Shown here: one piece after another, positions 34,310-47,747 of the stretch | How the letters are laid out: the number at the start of each line of letters is the position of its first letter | How positions within the stretch are numbered: the first letter of the stretch is position 1 | Assembly: GCA_013239625.1 (NCBI GenBank) | Contig: MU054323.1 | Coordinates: forward strand, 4,194,214-4,258,213 | Direction of reading: 5' to 3' | Source: Lama guanicoe | Taxonomy: Eukaryota | Length of the DNA: 64,000 nucleotides | Made by a program: the position numbers and the translations under genes | Notes under the pieces: model-generated | The model's database searches: none | What the model saw: the letters and a program-made list of their open reading frames with translations, nothing else | Told to the model about the DNA's origin: nothing

Positions 34310-35880
34310 GTTAATAAACCAGTAAACTTAAAATAGAGGAAAATTCTACAGCAACTATGTAGGCAAAGAATCGATGCTTATTGATTACACAAATTTCCAA
34401 TCCCGAGATTATTAAACAGGGGAGACAAATACGGAACAGTGGGAAGTACTGCAGATCTATGGCAGACCGATCTTAACTGCCATCCCTGAGGATGAGACAC
34501 AAGATGCATTTCCTTTACAACAGATCCATGTTCACTATTATTAACATTTGTTCTAGAAGTTTTAATGAAATAAGGCAAGACAAAAAATTAGAGGCAGAAC
34601 TAGTGAAACAGGCCAACAAGTTTGCCATTATCTTCTGATGATAGTCTTTGCCTAGTAAACCTAATATACAACTGCATAATAAGAATGCTCAGCAATTTGG
34701 TTAGATATAAGGCAAAAATGTAAAAAAACACTATCTTTCACTTATTTTAACATTAACCAGTTAGGTAAAGTAATAGAAGATGATGTTATTCACATTAGCA
34801 ATTAAAAGCCTAATGAGAAATCAGAAGGTCTGTAAGAAAACCACGAAACAGGAATGAGCAACATAAAAGATATCTTGTATAAACAGAGTCACCTTATTCA
34901 TAGAAACACTGATGTGTTATGATGTCAATTTTCTACACATTAATTTATAGTTTTAATATAGTTCTCTAAAAGCCAGTGTTTGTTTATTTTAAAAAATAGA
35001 TGAGTATTCTAAAGTCTACTAGCAGAACAAGTAAGATTATTTAATAAAATTGTGAAAAAGACATGTGTGACTTGCCTTACCATTTATAAAAATGTACAAA
35101 ACCAAAGAAAAGTGCAGAGCAAGAACCTTTGAAGAAGAAAAAGAGACATTGGTGACAGAATATAAAAACAAATTAAAAAAACAAAAAAGTAAAACTTCCC
35201 TAGAATACATTTAACTTAATGATGGGATATTGATAATATTTCAGATCCCTGAGGAAAATTAATTATTTAACAGTTAGAATCAGAACAATTGATTAATACC
35301 AATGTTAAAATTTTGCCTAATGTAATATAACAAATTAATGCCATTTCAATTAAGTGTCTGTTTCTAAATCACCAGAAAAAGATGAGTACCTCAGTAGAAA
35401 ATGTGTAAAGTTTTTGAAACAGTAATAAAAGAAGAAATGTAAGTGAACATAAAGAACGTGAAAAATGTTCACCTTTACCAAACATCAAACAGAAAGTTAG
35501 GAACAATATATTTTTCATTTACCTACTTTGCAAACAGAAAAACTATACAGGTTGTGGTAAATTGACCTCTCTTCTGCTCTGCTGTTCAGGATGTGAATTG
35601 AGAGAATCATTTTTGCAGGGCAATTTGGAAACATGTATTAAGAATTTTAAAGATATGCATTTTTAAAATGTCCAGAACCTTTCAATAAGTAATTTTGCTT
35701 CTAGGAAATTTTTTTCAGGACATAATCAGATATTTGTGTAATGATTACTGTATAAGGATGCTCAACACAGCATTAATTTTTAGAGAGAAAATTAGAGGCG
35801 ATATAAATGCCCATAATGAGGGATTGCTTACATAAATTTTGGTTTAGCCCTATACTGTAGTTCTGTAAAACCTTAACAAA
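34310..35880 (+). mobile_element. Old L1 (L1ME-like) ORF2/3' fragments
   Basis: 'gagacacaagatgcatttcc...ctattattaacatttgttctagaagttt', 'ttatcttctgatgatag' (decayed FADD), 'gatgctcaacacagcatt', 'aaatgcccataatgagggattgctt'. Confidence 0.7.
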
Positions 35881-36614
35881 CCATCTTTTTGAAGAAAAAT
35901 GACAGAGAAAGTGTGTGCTGTTAATAAAGGCCAGAAATGACCACTAAAGTAATCCCGATATTGGCTTCTGGGGAGGAAGTTTAAATCTACCCCACACCTT
36001 CTGGCAGAATGATGAATATAACAGTCAAGTCTGGGCATATTTTATGGAGTAATATTTTAACAGGTAGAATAACTTTGTATTATTATAAGGTCATGTTCAT
36101 ATAGGAGTGACTATTCCTGGCTTTTGTCCTGCCAGAATTATAATGGCACTTTTTATCTTTGGCTGACCTCCTTTATTGCTTCTTAGAGGAAGAGCTGAGA
36201 AAGTGGACATGGAGGAGGGGGCAGAGGCTGCAGGCATTGGGGAAACTGTTCTCTCCTACTATCTTTTTCTCAGTCCTTTCCTGCGGTGCTGCTGGAGTGG
36301 AAGGTGCTGGGCCCTCCTCCTTGTAATACAGTGGTGCGTGGCGAGATCTCAGTTTGAATTTAGGGGAAACAGAGAGGCCTGCAACCCAGGCCTCTCCAGC
36401 ACAGTAAGAAGAAGCAATCCTCCTCTAGCTTAATCAAAGTCATAGATGAGGGCTTGTGATCAAACATCAGTTGCAAACATTATCTGGCCATATATCTTGT
36501 CCTCTGGATGTGTTTATTGCACTAGTGCTGGTCTAAGACAGCACTGGGCAATTTTAGGTCTTGATCTAATACCATCTTAATCTCATCAGAGTGTCTCTGT
36601 CTCTCTGTCTCCAT

Positions 36615-37030
36615 CTTGAGAAACTAATTTTACAAACTGCTAGACCATATATAAAAAACAGAACTCGGACCCACAGCCACAGTCTGGGAAGACAAACCAC
36701 AGCCTCTGTAGTAGCTGGCTCAAAGCAGTCAAGATTTAAGATAACTGACAGCTACCCAATTTTTTGCCCCTATTCAAAACAAAAAAAAAGCCAAACATGC
36801 TCCCCTAACCAATCGCATAGGATGCTTTGCTTTTAGTTAGCCTACCTCTACCTCCCAGATGGAAAACTTCCAAGAAGGGCACGCCTGAGCCTTCCCTTTA
36901 TTTCAGTATACAGCTTTTACACCCCGCTTGCCTTTGGGTTTCTGTGAAATTCAGATAATAGTGGCTGACTCTCTTGCTACAGCAAGCTCAGAATAGTCCT
37001 TGCTTGTTTTCATTTGAGTTGTCTCTGTTT
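36615..37030 (+). mobile_element. Solo LTR, ERV1-class (MER-type; family not resolved)
   Basis: CCAAT box 'ctaaccaatcgcatagg', TATA-like 'cagtatacagcttt' and 'gtggctgactctcttgctacagcaagctcagaata' fit the organisation of eutherian ERV1 LTRs. Confidence 0.6.
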
Positions 37031-37578
37031 CTGTTCTTTCTATTTACCTATCTCCCTATATGAGTATGATTATATACAGAGAAATATGTATAAATATATA
37101 TATATATACACACACACACTATAAATGGGCAAATATTCTCTAACTGTAGAAATGCATATAGTAATTGCAATATATGTAAATTGCTTTTATCTTGGAAAAT
37201 AAAATGCACGGGTTGGTCAGACTGGAATTCAAGGGAGGCCTTGCTCCCAGCGAAGTTCCAGGAAATTATAAAACTTAAGAGAGGAAGAAAAATACAGGTA
37301 GACTGGAATCAGGGAGGACACTGAGAATAAGAAAGAAGCAGAGGCCAGCAGAAGCAGGAAATCTGAGGTCAGTGTGATTGATTTACCTCTCGGGCTATGG
37401 GATCATTCGCAGGTTCCTTAAATGGATTGACTGGGTGTAGTCCAGAAGTGCTCTGAAGAGTAGAGAGAGGAAAGGACGCTGGAGGCAGGGAAAATAGCCA
37501 GAGTTCTTATAATAGTGTAGGAGAGTTTCTGAAGTCATCCAAAAAATGGGATGGAAAGATCAGTCCTTAGAGTCATGC

Positions 37579-38040
37579 TGTGATGGTTATTTTATGTATC
37601 AACTTGACTGGGCTGGGCTGCCCATATATTTGGCCAAACATTATTCTGAGTGATTCTGTGAGAGTGTTTTTGGATGAGATGAACATTTAAATCAGTAGAC
37701 TGAATAAAACAGATTGCCCTCCATAATGTGGCAGCCTGCATCCAATCCATTGAAGGCCTGAATGGAACAAAAGGCTGACCCTCCCTAAGAGAGAATTCTG
37801 GCTTCAGGCTAGGACATTACTCTTCCTGGTTCCACAGCCACCTCCAGCCTGTAGACTCAAACTGGGTTGTCACCTCTTCAGATATTTGCACTTGTCAGTC
37901 TCCATAATTGCATGAGCCAGTTCTTATAATCAATCAATCAATATCAGTCTCTCTCTTCCCCATCTTCCTCTTCCTCTCCCTCTCCCTTTCTTTCATTCTT
38001 TCTCTTTGTGTGTGTATATATGCACACAGGACTAATACAC
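37579..38040 (+). mobile_element. MLT2 (MLT2D-like) solo LTR
   Basis: Starts 'tgtgatggttattttatgtatcaacttgactggg', contains 'aaacattattctgagtg...tttttggatgagatgaacatttaaatcagtagactgaataaaacagattgccctccataatgtgg', ends 'gactaataca'. Confidence 0.9.
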
Positions 38041-39869
38041 ACAGAACAGGAAAAATGTCCAGACTTTGATTAGCCTTTAAAGACTGACCTGGTATGATGG
38101 ACAAAGGAAATGAAGGCTTTTAAGCTAAAAGATTATTGATAAAAATGGAAAAATATAGAAGGCCAGGGCATATGGGGCAAAGGAAGGAGGGAATTGGCCA
38201 GTCCTCTTTGGAATATGTTGAGTTGAAACAGCAAGATATACAAGAAGAACTGGGGAGTGGACCTATGAAAGGTCTTCAGTAATGTTTCATGAACAAAAGA
38301 AAATCAGTAAGATACAGTCTAATGAATTATAAATAGATTGGTTGTTTAAAACAATTACCTCCATCTCTGACACTACAGGTTATCATCAGTTTTCTTAAGG
38401 AATGTCAGCAAATTTTAATCAAAATTAATTTTAGTTTTTTTGCTCAGTATTCATGATCTGAAACAGCCTACACTAGTGGGAATGATGTGGAATGAAGAAG
38501 TCTCCCTTATACTACTAGTATTTTGCAACTGAAAGCCAGCTCAATTGTTATGCAGAATTATCCAGATTGCCTGTCTGTACTGAACTCAACAGGTGACCCC
38601 TTCAATCTCCAATTCTCTTTGCTTGTGCCTCGCCATTCTCAATGGTGGACAGAGGGATTACTCAAAAACATTGACTGTCAAATACAAAAACATGAACCAG
38701 GGTTAGAAAAACAGGATTAATGTAGTCTGCTTAATGAATGTTCTCTGCTGAATGACTCCTCGGCAAGGAGGCAAATGTCCAATAGATTCAAGGATGTAAC
38801 GAGAGCAGCCAGGAAGGGTCCACCGGTGGCATCTCTCCCTGAGCTGTCTGCTGCCCTGCTTTGCGCTTCAGTCCCTGCACACTGAATCGTTAACCTTTGC
38901 CACTGAGTAGGGTTCAGCATTTCAGAAGTGTCTTGATTATGAAAAATCTGCCAGCACTAATGGGGAACCTCTGACCCAGGTGCCAGCCCAGCCTCACAGC
39001 TCCACAGCTGCTGCGATTTTGATTGAAAAACAGGTCTCTGGTGTCAGGAACAAAGTAACTGGGAATTGGGCCACCTGTAATAGTCACACTTTTATGCAGA
39101 CCATGAAGATTCTTCCTTTTCTTTTCTTTTCTTTCTTTTTTCTTTTGCTGTCAAAAGACTGATTTCCTACATTATCTGAACACAAAATTTACAAATCACC
39201 ATCTTCAACTGCCTTTTCACCCATCCACCTCATTTAGAGAACTACTACATGCCAGCTCTCTGTTGGTTATGGGGTTTTCTTAAATAACAGAGCCATGGTG
39301 TTACACACACACTCATGTACAAGCACACACACTCTAATGTCAGGTGCTGTAAGTCACATTGACATCTCCTGGTCATCAGATAAGAGGGAGATCAGTGTGG
39401 GCTAGAGTAGCTGGGAAGGCTTCTTGGAAGAGGTGGCAGTGGGACTAGGTATGGGACAATAGACAGGATAGGCAGAGAGACAGGTGGAGGGTAACCTAAA
39501 GTTGAGAAAACAGTTTGGACTAGTGCTTTAAGTCAGAATGTCCACTGGAATTACACTGTGAAAGTCACTTCTGCATCCCTGGAAATCAGCATATGGCAGA
39601 CCACATTAGCTGATTAAATACTAAGTTACCTGTCTGTTAAACTTGTGTAGCCAGGGAATAGTAGACAGTGAACCCTGAATTTCTTAGAACTCTCCCTAAA
39701 CAAGAAGACAGGAAAAAAAAAATAGCACAAACCACTCTTTCTTTAAGAGCCCAACTAAAGGTTTCTTTTGCTGAGGTTTTTTGCAACTTGTTTTTGTGAA
39801 GGGACATGATCACTGTACTTTTCTTTTGAGTTAGTCCAAGTTTATCTTTGAAGGCCTTAACAAAGTTCA

Positions 39870-42800
39870 GCTGACTCAGTCATTCAATAAATATTTCTGA
39901 AGATCTCTTATATGCCAGGCACTGTTCTAGGTACTGAATATACAACAGTGAAGGAAACAGACAAAAATTTCTGTCTCGATATAGCTTATTTTCTAGTATC
40001 TGTGGTAGGGAAATCTACCATTTTAATATAATTAATAAGTAATTTATGTAACATATTAGAAGGTGGTAAGTGATTTAGAAAAACAAATATAGGCAGGTTA
40101 AGGGAATAGGTTAAGGTCCATGTACTAAGATGCATTTTATATTTTTATCATATAATTTTTTAATTGAGATACTCACATGCCAATAAAATTCACCTTTTTA
40201 ATGTGTATAATTCATCCCCACTTTCTAATTCCAGAACACTTGCACCATCTCCTCAAAAACCTCTGTACCCATGAGTGGCTACTACGCCCCTCCCTCTGTC
40301 TCTTTCCTCCGGCTCCTTGAAACCACTAATATACCTTCTGTGTTCCTATGGATTTGCCAGTTCTGGGTATTTCCTATTAATGGAATCATTCTATATGTTG
40401 CCTGTTGCGTCTGGCTTTTTTTCACCTATAATGTTTTTTAAGATTCATCGTGTTGTAGCTTTTTACGGCTGTATAGTAATCCATTGTATTGAAGTACTAC
40501 ATTTGTAGCTGATGGACATTTGGAGTATGTTCACCTTTTGACTATTATGAATAAGACTGTATGAACATTTATGCACAAGTTTTTATAGGGCCATATGTTT
40601 TCAATTTTCTTGGGTATATACCTAAGAGTGGAATTGCTGGGTCAAATGGTAGCTCTATGTTTAACAGTTTTGTGGAATTTTCAAACTATTTTCCAAAGCA
40701 CCTGCACCGTTTTACATTCCCAGCAGCAATACATGAGGGTTTTAGTTTCTCCACATTTTCATCAGCACTTGTTATTGTCCGTCTTTTTTATTATAGCCAT
40801 TCTAGTGGTATCTTATTATAGTTATGATTTCTGTTTCCTTAAGGACTAATAATGGTGAGCATCTTTCCATGCTGATCATTTATATATCTTCAGAGATATG
40901 TCTTTTCAAACCTTTTGCCCATTTTAAAAAAATACAGTTGTCTTTTACTGTTTATATTTTTACTGTTGAGTTGTAAGAGTTCTTCATGTATTTTATGTGC
41001 ATGTTCTATATATATTCTTGTCAGATATAATATGGCTCAGAAATATTTTTTCCCATTCTGTGGATTGTAGTTTCATTTTCTTGATAGTGTCTTTTGAAAC
41101 ACAAAACTCTTTAATTTTATTAAGCTCAATTTATCTATTTTTTTCTTTTGTTGTTTGTGCTTTTGTGTCATATCTAGGAAACCAGTGTCTAATCCAAGAT
41201 CATGAAGACTTACACCTATGTTTTCCTCAAATAATTTTATAGTTTTAGCTCTTCTATTTAGGTCTTTGATTCATTTTGAGTAAATTTTTGTGCATGTAGA
41301 ATCCTGTTTTCCCAGTATAATTTGCTGAAGGACTGTTCCTTCCCCATTTAGTTGTCTTGGCACTCTTGCTGCAAATCTGTTGGCATTAGGTGTGTGGGTT
41401 TATTTCTGGACTTTCAGTTTCATTTCATTGAACTATATGTCTATTCTTGTAACATATTGCAGTGTTTTAATCATGTAGCTTGGTAGTAAATTTTGAAATT
41501 GGGACATGTTCTTCTTTTCTAGATTATTTTGACCATTCTGGTTTCCTTGCATCTCCGTATGAAGTTTAGAGTCAGCTTGTCAATATCTGCAAAACAGGCA
41601 CGTTGGATTTTGATAGAGATTAGGTTGATTCTGTACATCAGTTTGGGGAATATTGACATCCTTAGCAATATTAAGTTTTCCAGTCTATGAACATGAGGTA
41701 TTTTTACATTTATTTAGGTCTCTTTTAATTTTTTTTCAATGACATTGTGTAGTTTTCAGTGTATATCTTGTATTTCTTTTATACTCAAATTTAGTACTAA
41801 GTATTTTATTCTTTTTCATGCTATTATAATTAGAATTGTTTTCTTAATTTCATTTTTGGATCATCATTAGTGTATAGAAATAAAATTGAATGCATTTTTT
41901 AGCTCTAAAATATTTTTTATTTTTTGAGAACTACTTAGGATTTTCTATATAAAAGATCTCATGTCACCTGGAAGTAGAGATAATTTTGCTTTTTCTTTTC
42001 CAATATGAATGCCTTTTATTTTGTTTTCTTATCATATTGCTAGGATGTGCAGTACAATTTTGAATAGATGTAGTGATATTGCACATCCTTGTTTTATTTC
42101 TGATCTCTGGGGGCATGCAGGAAAATGCAATTTTAAATTAAATAGGATAGGTCTCAATAAAGAAGTGGCATTTGAGGAAAAATTTTAAGAGAAATTAAGG
42201 AGCCACATAGGCAGCTATATGTGGGGAAGTGTTCCAGGTAGAGGAAACAGTTAGTGCACAGAACCTGAAGCAGGAGTACAGCTAGGAGGGAGTGCGTGAA
42301 TGACACAGCTAAGAGAGGAAGGTCAGAGAAATGATGAACGAGGTGCCAAACTGAACAGGGCATTGGAAGCCATCATAAGGGCCTTGGCTGACTAAAGTGG
42401 AGATCCACTAAGGGGTTTTAAACAAAGGAAAGACATGATTCAAGTTACTTTTCAAAATAATCACTTTGGTTAATGTTTGACGAATACATAGCAGAGGAGC
42501 AAGGTGGCGAAGGAGGTGGACCAGTTAGGAGGTAACTCAAAATCTAGGCAAGAGATGGTAATGGCTTGAGCTGCTTGGTAGTGGTCAAGTTAGTAAGAAG
42601 TGGTCAGATTCCATACCTATTTTACAGCCAAAGCTAAATGTACAATTCAAATGGAGAGAGAGAGATGTCCATGATGACTCCAATGTTCTTAAGTCTGAGC
42701 AACCAGAAGAGTCAACAGAGATGGCAAAGACCACCAGGTGGAGCACTGACAGGAGAGTGAAGAGGTGGAGAGCAGTCTTCCACATGTGGAATGCGAGATG

Positions 42801-43160
42801 TCTATTTGAAGTTCAAGTGTACTTATTGAGTAGAAAGTTTGATTTATGAGTCTGAAGTTCAGGAGAAATGTCTATGCTGAATATATAAATTTGGGAGTCA
42901 TTGAAATAAAGATGCTATTTAAAGTCATGAAACTATAATGAAATCATAAGGGAGTTATAATATATGGAGAGAAGATGAGAAAGCCAATGAATAAAGCCTA
43001 GGACACACAAGCATTATGAATTCAGACTCCAGGGAGAATTGGAGGAACCAGCAGAGGAGACAGAAAGAGAAAAACCAGCCAAGTAAGGGACAAAAGTATA
43101 CGCTGTCCTGGAAGCTAAATGGAAGGTAGAGTGTCAGTTCTTCTAATACTTCACAGTGTT
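39870..43160 (-). mobile_element. L2a-like LINE, interrupted by an L1 at ~40140-42120
   Basis: 3' end 'cattcaataaatatttctgaagatctcttatatgccaggcactgttctaggtactg...gtgaaggaaacagacaaaaatttctgtc'. Continues after 42130 with 'gaagtggcatttgag...gaaattaaggagcca...ttccaggtagaggaaacag'. Confidence 0.8.
40140..42120 (-). mobile_element. L1 (L1MB/MC-like) ~2 kb 3' fragment
   Basis: 'cttgggtatatacctaagagtggaattgctgggtcaaatggta', 'ttttacattcccagcagcaat', 'tttatttctggactttcagttt', 'catccttgttttatttctgatct'. Confidence 0.9.
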
Positions 43161-44859
43161 TGAAGAACCATGTTAACCTCTTTAGCTTCTGAATGATAGA
43201 TGACATCTTCGTGATCTTCCCTGTCAGGGGAAAGTCTCATGATTTCAGATTTTGGGGACTTGGCTCCCTTCAAATATGTAGAGGTGAAGGAAAGGGCTTA
43301 GGGGGGCTTGCACCGTGGGGAGATGGTGAGAGAACTGACAGAGTTTTTATACATCTTCTCCCACTGTGGTTGTATTTGCCTGGAAATTTGCCCTGGTCTC
43401 CACAGTTGTTTTGAGCTGCTAATCAAGTATGCCAGATTTTCAGCGTCTAGTTTGCAAACTCAGATCCTGTCAGTTTTATCCCATTGGAGCAAGAGTTAAT
43501 TAAAGCAAGATAAAAATGTTAATAATTTGGGGGGCAGTATGGTGAAAGCTTGGAGTCTCTGGAGATTGAGTAAGAAAGTTTTTCACGGAAACCGAAAGCA
43601 TAAGGCAATGAAAAAAATCCATCTAAATTGTCAAACAAGTATAATTTCAGAATTGACTGTTTGCTTTGGAGAACAATTATGATCTTTCTCATTTGGAAAG
43701 AAAATTGTGATATTCTGTAGGTAAGTGAGTATGCAGGCCATTAAAATTGTGAACATAAGCCCAAATATGGCCCAGGGCTTTTGTGGAGAATGTAAACTGC
43801 ATCTCACAGAGTTGTTCTTACTGGTAAGACTGTGGATAAGGTGTATGATTTTTATCTCTGTTCATGATAACCGGTTCCATTCCTGGCCCATTGTAGGGGC
43901 CCCAAAAGTGTTCGTGAAACAAGGGAATAAAAAGGCCATTTTGAGTTCATGTGGCCCATTTTTTTGATTTCCTGCCAATTTCTCATAAATCACTACAAGA
44001 TCCTCTTTTTCAAATTACGTAAAAAGTGGAATCTGTTGCTTTGTCAAAAAGAATCTCTAATTACGCTCTGGAGGCCAGCCTCAGTAGTCATCCTTGCCTT
44101 CCTCGGGGTTTCCTAGGCACTGTGCAAGAATCTGAAAGGAGTCTGGGGTTTTAGCTCAGCCATCATTAGAAACTATCAGGGTTCCATTGCTGGAGACCTA
44201 CAGTCCAGTCTGAAATTAACTTTCCGACAGAGCAGTGTATTTGGTGCCTACCCAACTGCTGTTGTGTCCTATATAGGACTCAAGTTACACAGCATGGCCA
44301 GTGAACCTGTCACTGCTTCCTGGGCCTTTGCATCCAGAATACACTGCTTAAAGTAGTGAGTGTGATAACAGACTAGTTTAGAATAGCTTTCTTATGCTAA
44401 ACTGAGCAAATACGTTCTCCACAGTGGCAGCAGATGTTTTGAGGTTTTAAACCACTGCTCCCTCATAGAGCTGTCTCTCTGCATTAGAACTGATGCTTTG
44501 GACTATGGTTGCTGCAGACTGATTTCCTGCAGGCATTTCTGGATGTGTGATGCTCACCTCTAGTTTATAGCTGCAGTTCCTCTATCTGATAAATCTGTGG
44601 TCCCATGCATTGAGGGCTCTGAGGCACTTTAGGGAAGGAATCAGTCAGCTAGAGAAAACATGGTGACTCAGCCAGCTGAGCTAAAAAAAAATGTTTTGCT
44701 TAAATGAGCTAATGTATGTACAGTGTTTTAGCATAAGTCTCAAGGTATTATCATTACCCTATGGTATCACCATAGATGATTATTATTATCTGAGGATTTT
44801 TTACAATTGGTCCTTCCCTGATCTCTAGGCTGAATAGTTTTCATTTAACCGTTGAGATG

Positions 44860-45322
44860 TATTGTGTACTCTTCTCATTCCTGCTCTGTGCTCCTGGAGG
44901 CTAGCTTGTATGTACTCTCTCCACTAACTCCAGTGCCCTATGGCTTTGGGTTGTGTTCAGTCCCTGGGGACCTTACAAGGAGTTCTGCAGGGATGGAGAG
45001 TGTGTGGTGTGGGTGTTACTCCCCTTCTGTCCTGTAGCATCATTTTAGATTGGTTGGTCTTGGGAAGGAAGGTGACAGCTTGTGTCTGACAGTTCTTTCC
45101 ACATAGCCTCTCTTTCTGCAGCCTCTCTTGCTCCCTCCCCCTGCTGCTTTAGGACCAGGACTGCGGCTTCAGGCCTGGGAAAACTCGTTCTCATTAGTCT
45201 GATACACTGCACCATCCTGTGTATTTCCCCTACACTCTGCCTGTAGATGGTTCCTTTATCAATCTCTTCTCTAATTACTTAATTTGTGTTAATTATTGTT
45301 GAATGAGAACCTGGAAAATACA
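44860..45322. mobile_element. LTR33-like ERV-L solo LTR
   Basis: 'gccctatggctttgggttgtgttcagtccctggggaccttacaaggagttctgcagggatggagagtg...' and 'gttcctttatcaatctcttctctaattac' match recalled LTR33. Confidence 0.6.
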
Positions 45323-47580
45323 CATTCCTACTTCTTTTCACTACTACCAATGCAGAACTGGGAATCCTGTACCTTTTGCCCATCCCCTGCTATTTCTCAC
45401 CATACTTTACTGACTTCTTTTTCCCCTCAAGACTTTATTATCATGAAATCACTTCCTGGGGCAAGTGTTCTTGTTGAATGTGTTAGCCATCCTTTTATTT
45501 TCTCCTGGTAGGTCTATCCAAAGAAAACACAGGTCTCAGGCAGACACTTCAAACTGTCTGCAGTAACCCTCTTGAACTTCTGCCACCAGGCCTCCCTGAG
45601 CTCTGCTTATAGTCACTCCTTCTTTGCGCAAGGCTTAGATAGCATGACCCTTCACCCCGGGGCTCTGCCCTGAACTTTGTATTCAAGTGACTAACAGTTG
45701 ATGATGATGAAATGCTTAGAGAATTCAATAAGAAGACTTTTAGAGCCCTGGATAACTCTCAGGACTTCCAGAAATCTGGGAAGAGGACTTTATAGCTAGA
45801 GGACCTATGTGTTCACAGGTATAGAGACATGAAGTTTATGTGTTATGTGTCTTATGTTTACCTTCCTGCACCCTACTTCCTTTCTAAGCTTTCTAATCCC
45901 TGACATAGTTCTAAATACGTGAATTGGGGCTGAATTACATCAGCTCCCAACTTCTTTATCTACTAATGTATTTTTTGCCGTAGGGTGAGATTTGCACAGC
46001 TAGCCTTGTCACTAGCACACAATGTTACAGTCCCAGTGAGTAGGTTGGGCCAGAGAACAGCAGCCTTTAAAGTGAAGTAATATTGAGTTGCACTTTGGTA
46101 CTCACTGAGAAAGTTGAGAGGTCGAGTTAGGTAATCTAATGAGCTTTCCCAAGACCACACGTCATGAGTAGGCCTAAGAAGATGCTCCAGAGATCTTAGA
46201 GTTGGTTCAGAATCATCACTCTGTAACATGAAACAAGTCTTCTTGATTATATTCAATGGGAATTTGAATATACATTGTTTTCCATATCTGAATAGGCCTT
46301 GTTCTCTGTCTGCCATGAGACACAATGTACTTCCCATACGAACAATGGCCTGTGATGAAGGGTGTTTGTCAAAGAAAAAGTTAAGACTCAGGGGAATTAT
46401 AAATAATCTTCCCAATGCAGTTCTTTCTGTGGGAGAGAATTGAGACCTGCCTTCCTTATTTGAGGTTTGGTGAAAAGTCTGGTCTTCCTCAGGAGGATAA
46501 AAACCAATCTTGTATATTAAATAGAAATGCCCAAATGCAAATCATTTCTTCGAAGACTTCAGCCACTGTTTGATAAACACATCCTTATCTGGAACTTTAT
46601 TTCACACATATTAATACTGATATGATAATGAAGTCATGTGAATGAATATATTATACCAGTGAGAGAAGGTCTAGCATGTTTTGTGTTTTTTTTGGCTAGT
46701 TGAAACTTTGAAACTTTTAGGCTCCTTTCTCTGACTTCATCTAATTTTAGAATTTGTTTTTTGAATGTGGTGATAGCAAACACCAACAAGATCCAGGTGT
46801 GAATACCTCGGACACGTCAGACTGGGCAGTTGTCTACTTTCTGTTTTGAATCCAGGCCCTTTTATAACAATGTCCAATATTTAATCAACCGTTTTTCCTA
46901 GAGCTGCCTGTAAGGCTAATGGATTTTCGGAAATGCTCTTTGGAAGGTCCTTGGTTCTTGTTATGAGACATGACATAGCTGATGTTTCAGAGTTCATCAC
47001 TCTTTAAGACAAATTTGGATAATTTCTCCAACCGCATTATGCACTATTTTTCACACTGAATTTACCTGTCGACACTTTGTCTACGCCTGAAACCTCCAAA
47101 TATTTTCTATAAATTTAACTTTAACACCAAAACAGTTATAGTCAATTGAAACATGAGGATATTACTGAATTTCTTCCTTTATTACTATTCCTGTCATGCT
47201 AAATAAGATTTGCATTTAGTACAGATCTCTTGGCTGTGTTACTCTTCATACCTACATGCAGAGAGAATTGCCCATCTCTTCCTACTCTGTTTCAGTCTTA
47301 AAACCAATACTTGATCCCCGACAAACAATTCTTTCAAATCCAGGGTTAATCCATTTTGAATGGCCTTTGATGTAAACACTTCCAAGTGGCTTAAAAAATG
47401 TATTTCCAATCATTCCCTTTTAGTAACCTCAGGTCAGGGTAATTTGCTTTGGAGCTCTGGTTTCCGATGACTGTGTTGAGGGCCCCAGAAGGACATGGAA
47501 AATTTAGTAAAAGTCTGTAAGTCCATATGCCCTTCTGGCATTTTCAATAGATGGAAAAAAATTTGTTTTACATCCACATA

Positions 47581-47747
47581 TAGTCATCCCTCAGTATCTG
47601 CAGGGCATTGGCTCCAGGACCCTCACAGATACCAAAATCTGCAGATGCTCAAGTCCCTTGTGTAATATTGACAGTGTAGTCAACTCTCCCTGTCCACAGT
47701 TGGTTGGATCTGTGAATGCAGAGCCCACGGATAGGGAGAGCTGACTG
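47581..47747. mobile_element. MER2-type (Tigger-family) MITE, internally deleted
   Basis: Ends 'tagtcatccctcagtatctgcagggcattggctccaggaccc' and 'gcagagcccacggatagggagagctgactg' form terminal inverted repeats. Contains 'ataccaaaatctgcagatgctcaagtccct'. Confidence 0.85.

Noticed and set aside
44759..44775. Short hairpin ctatggt-atc-accatag
   Set aside because: A 7-bp stem is expected by chance in 64 kb.
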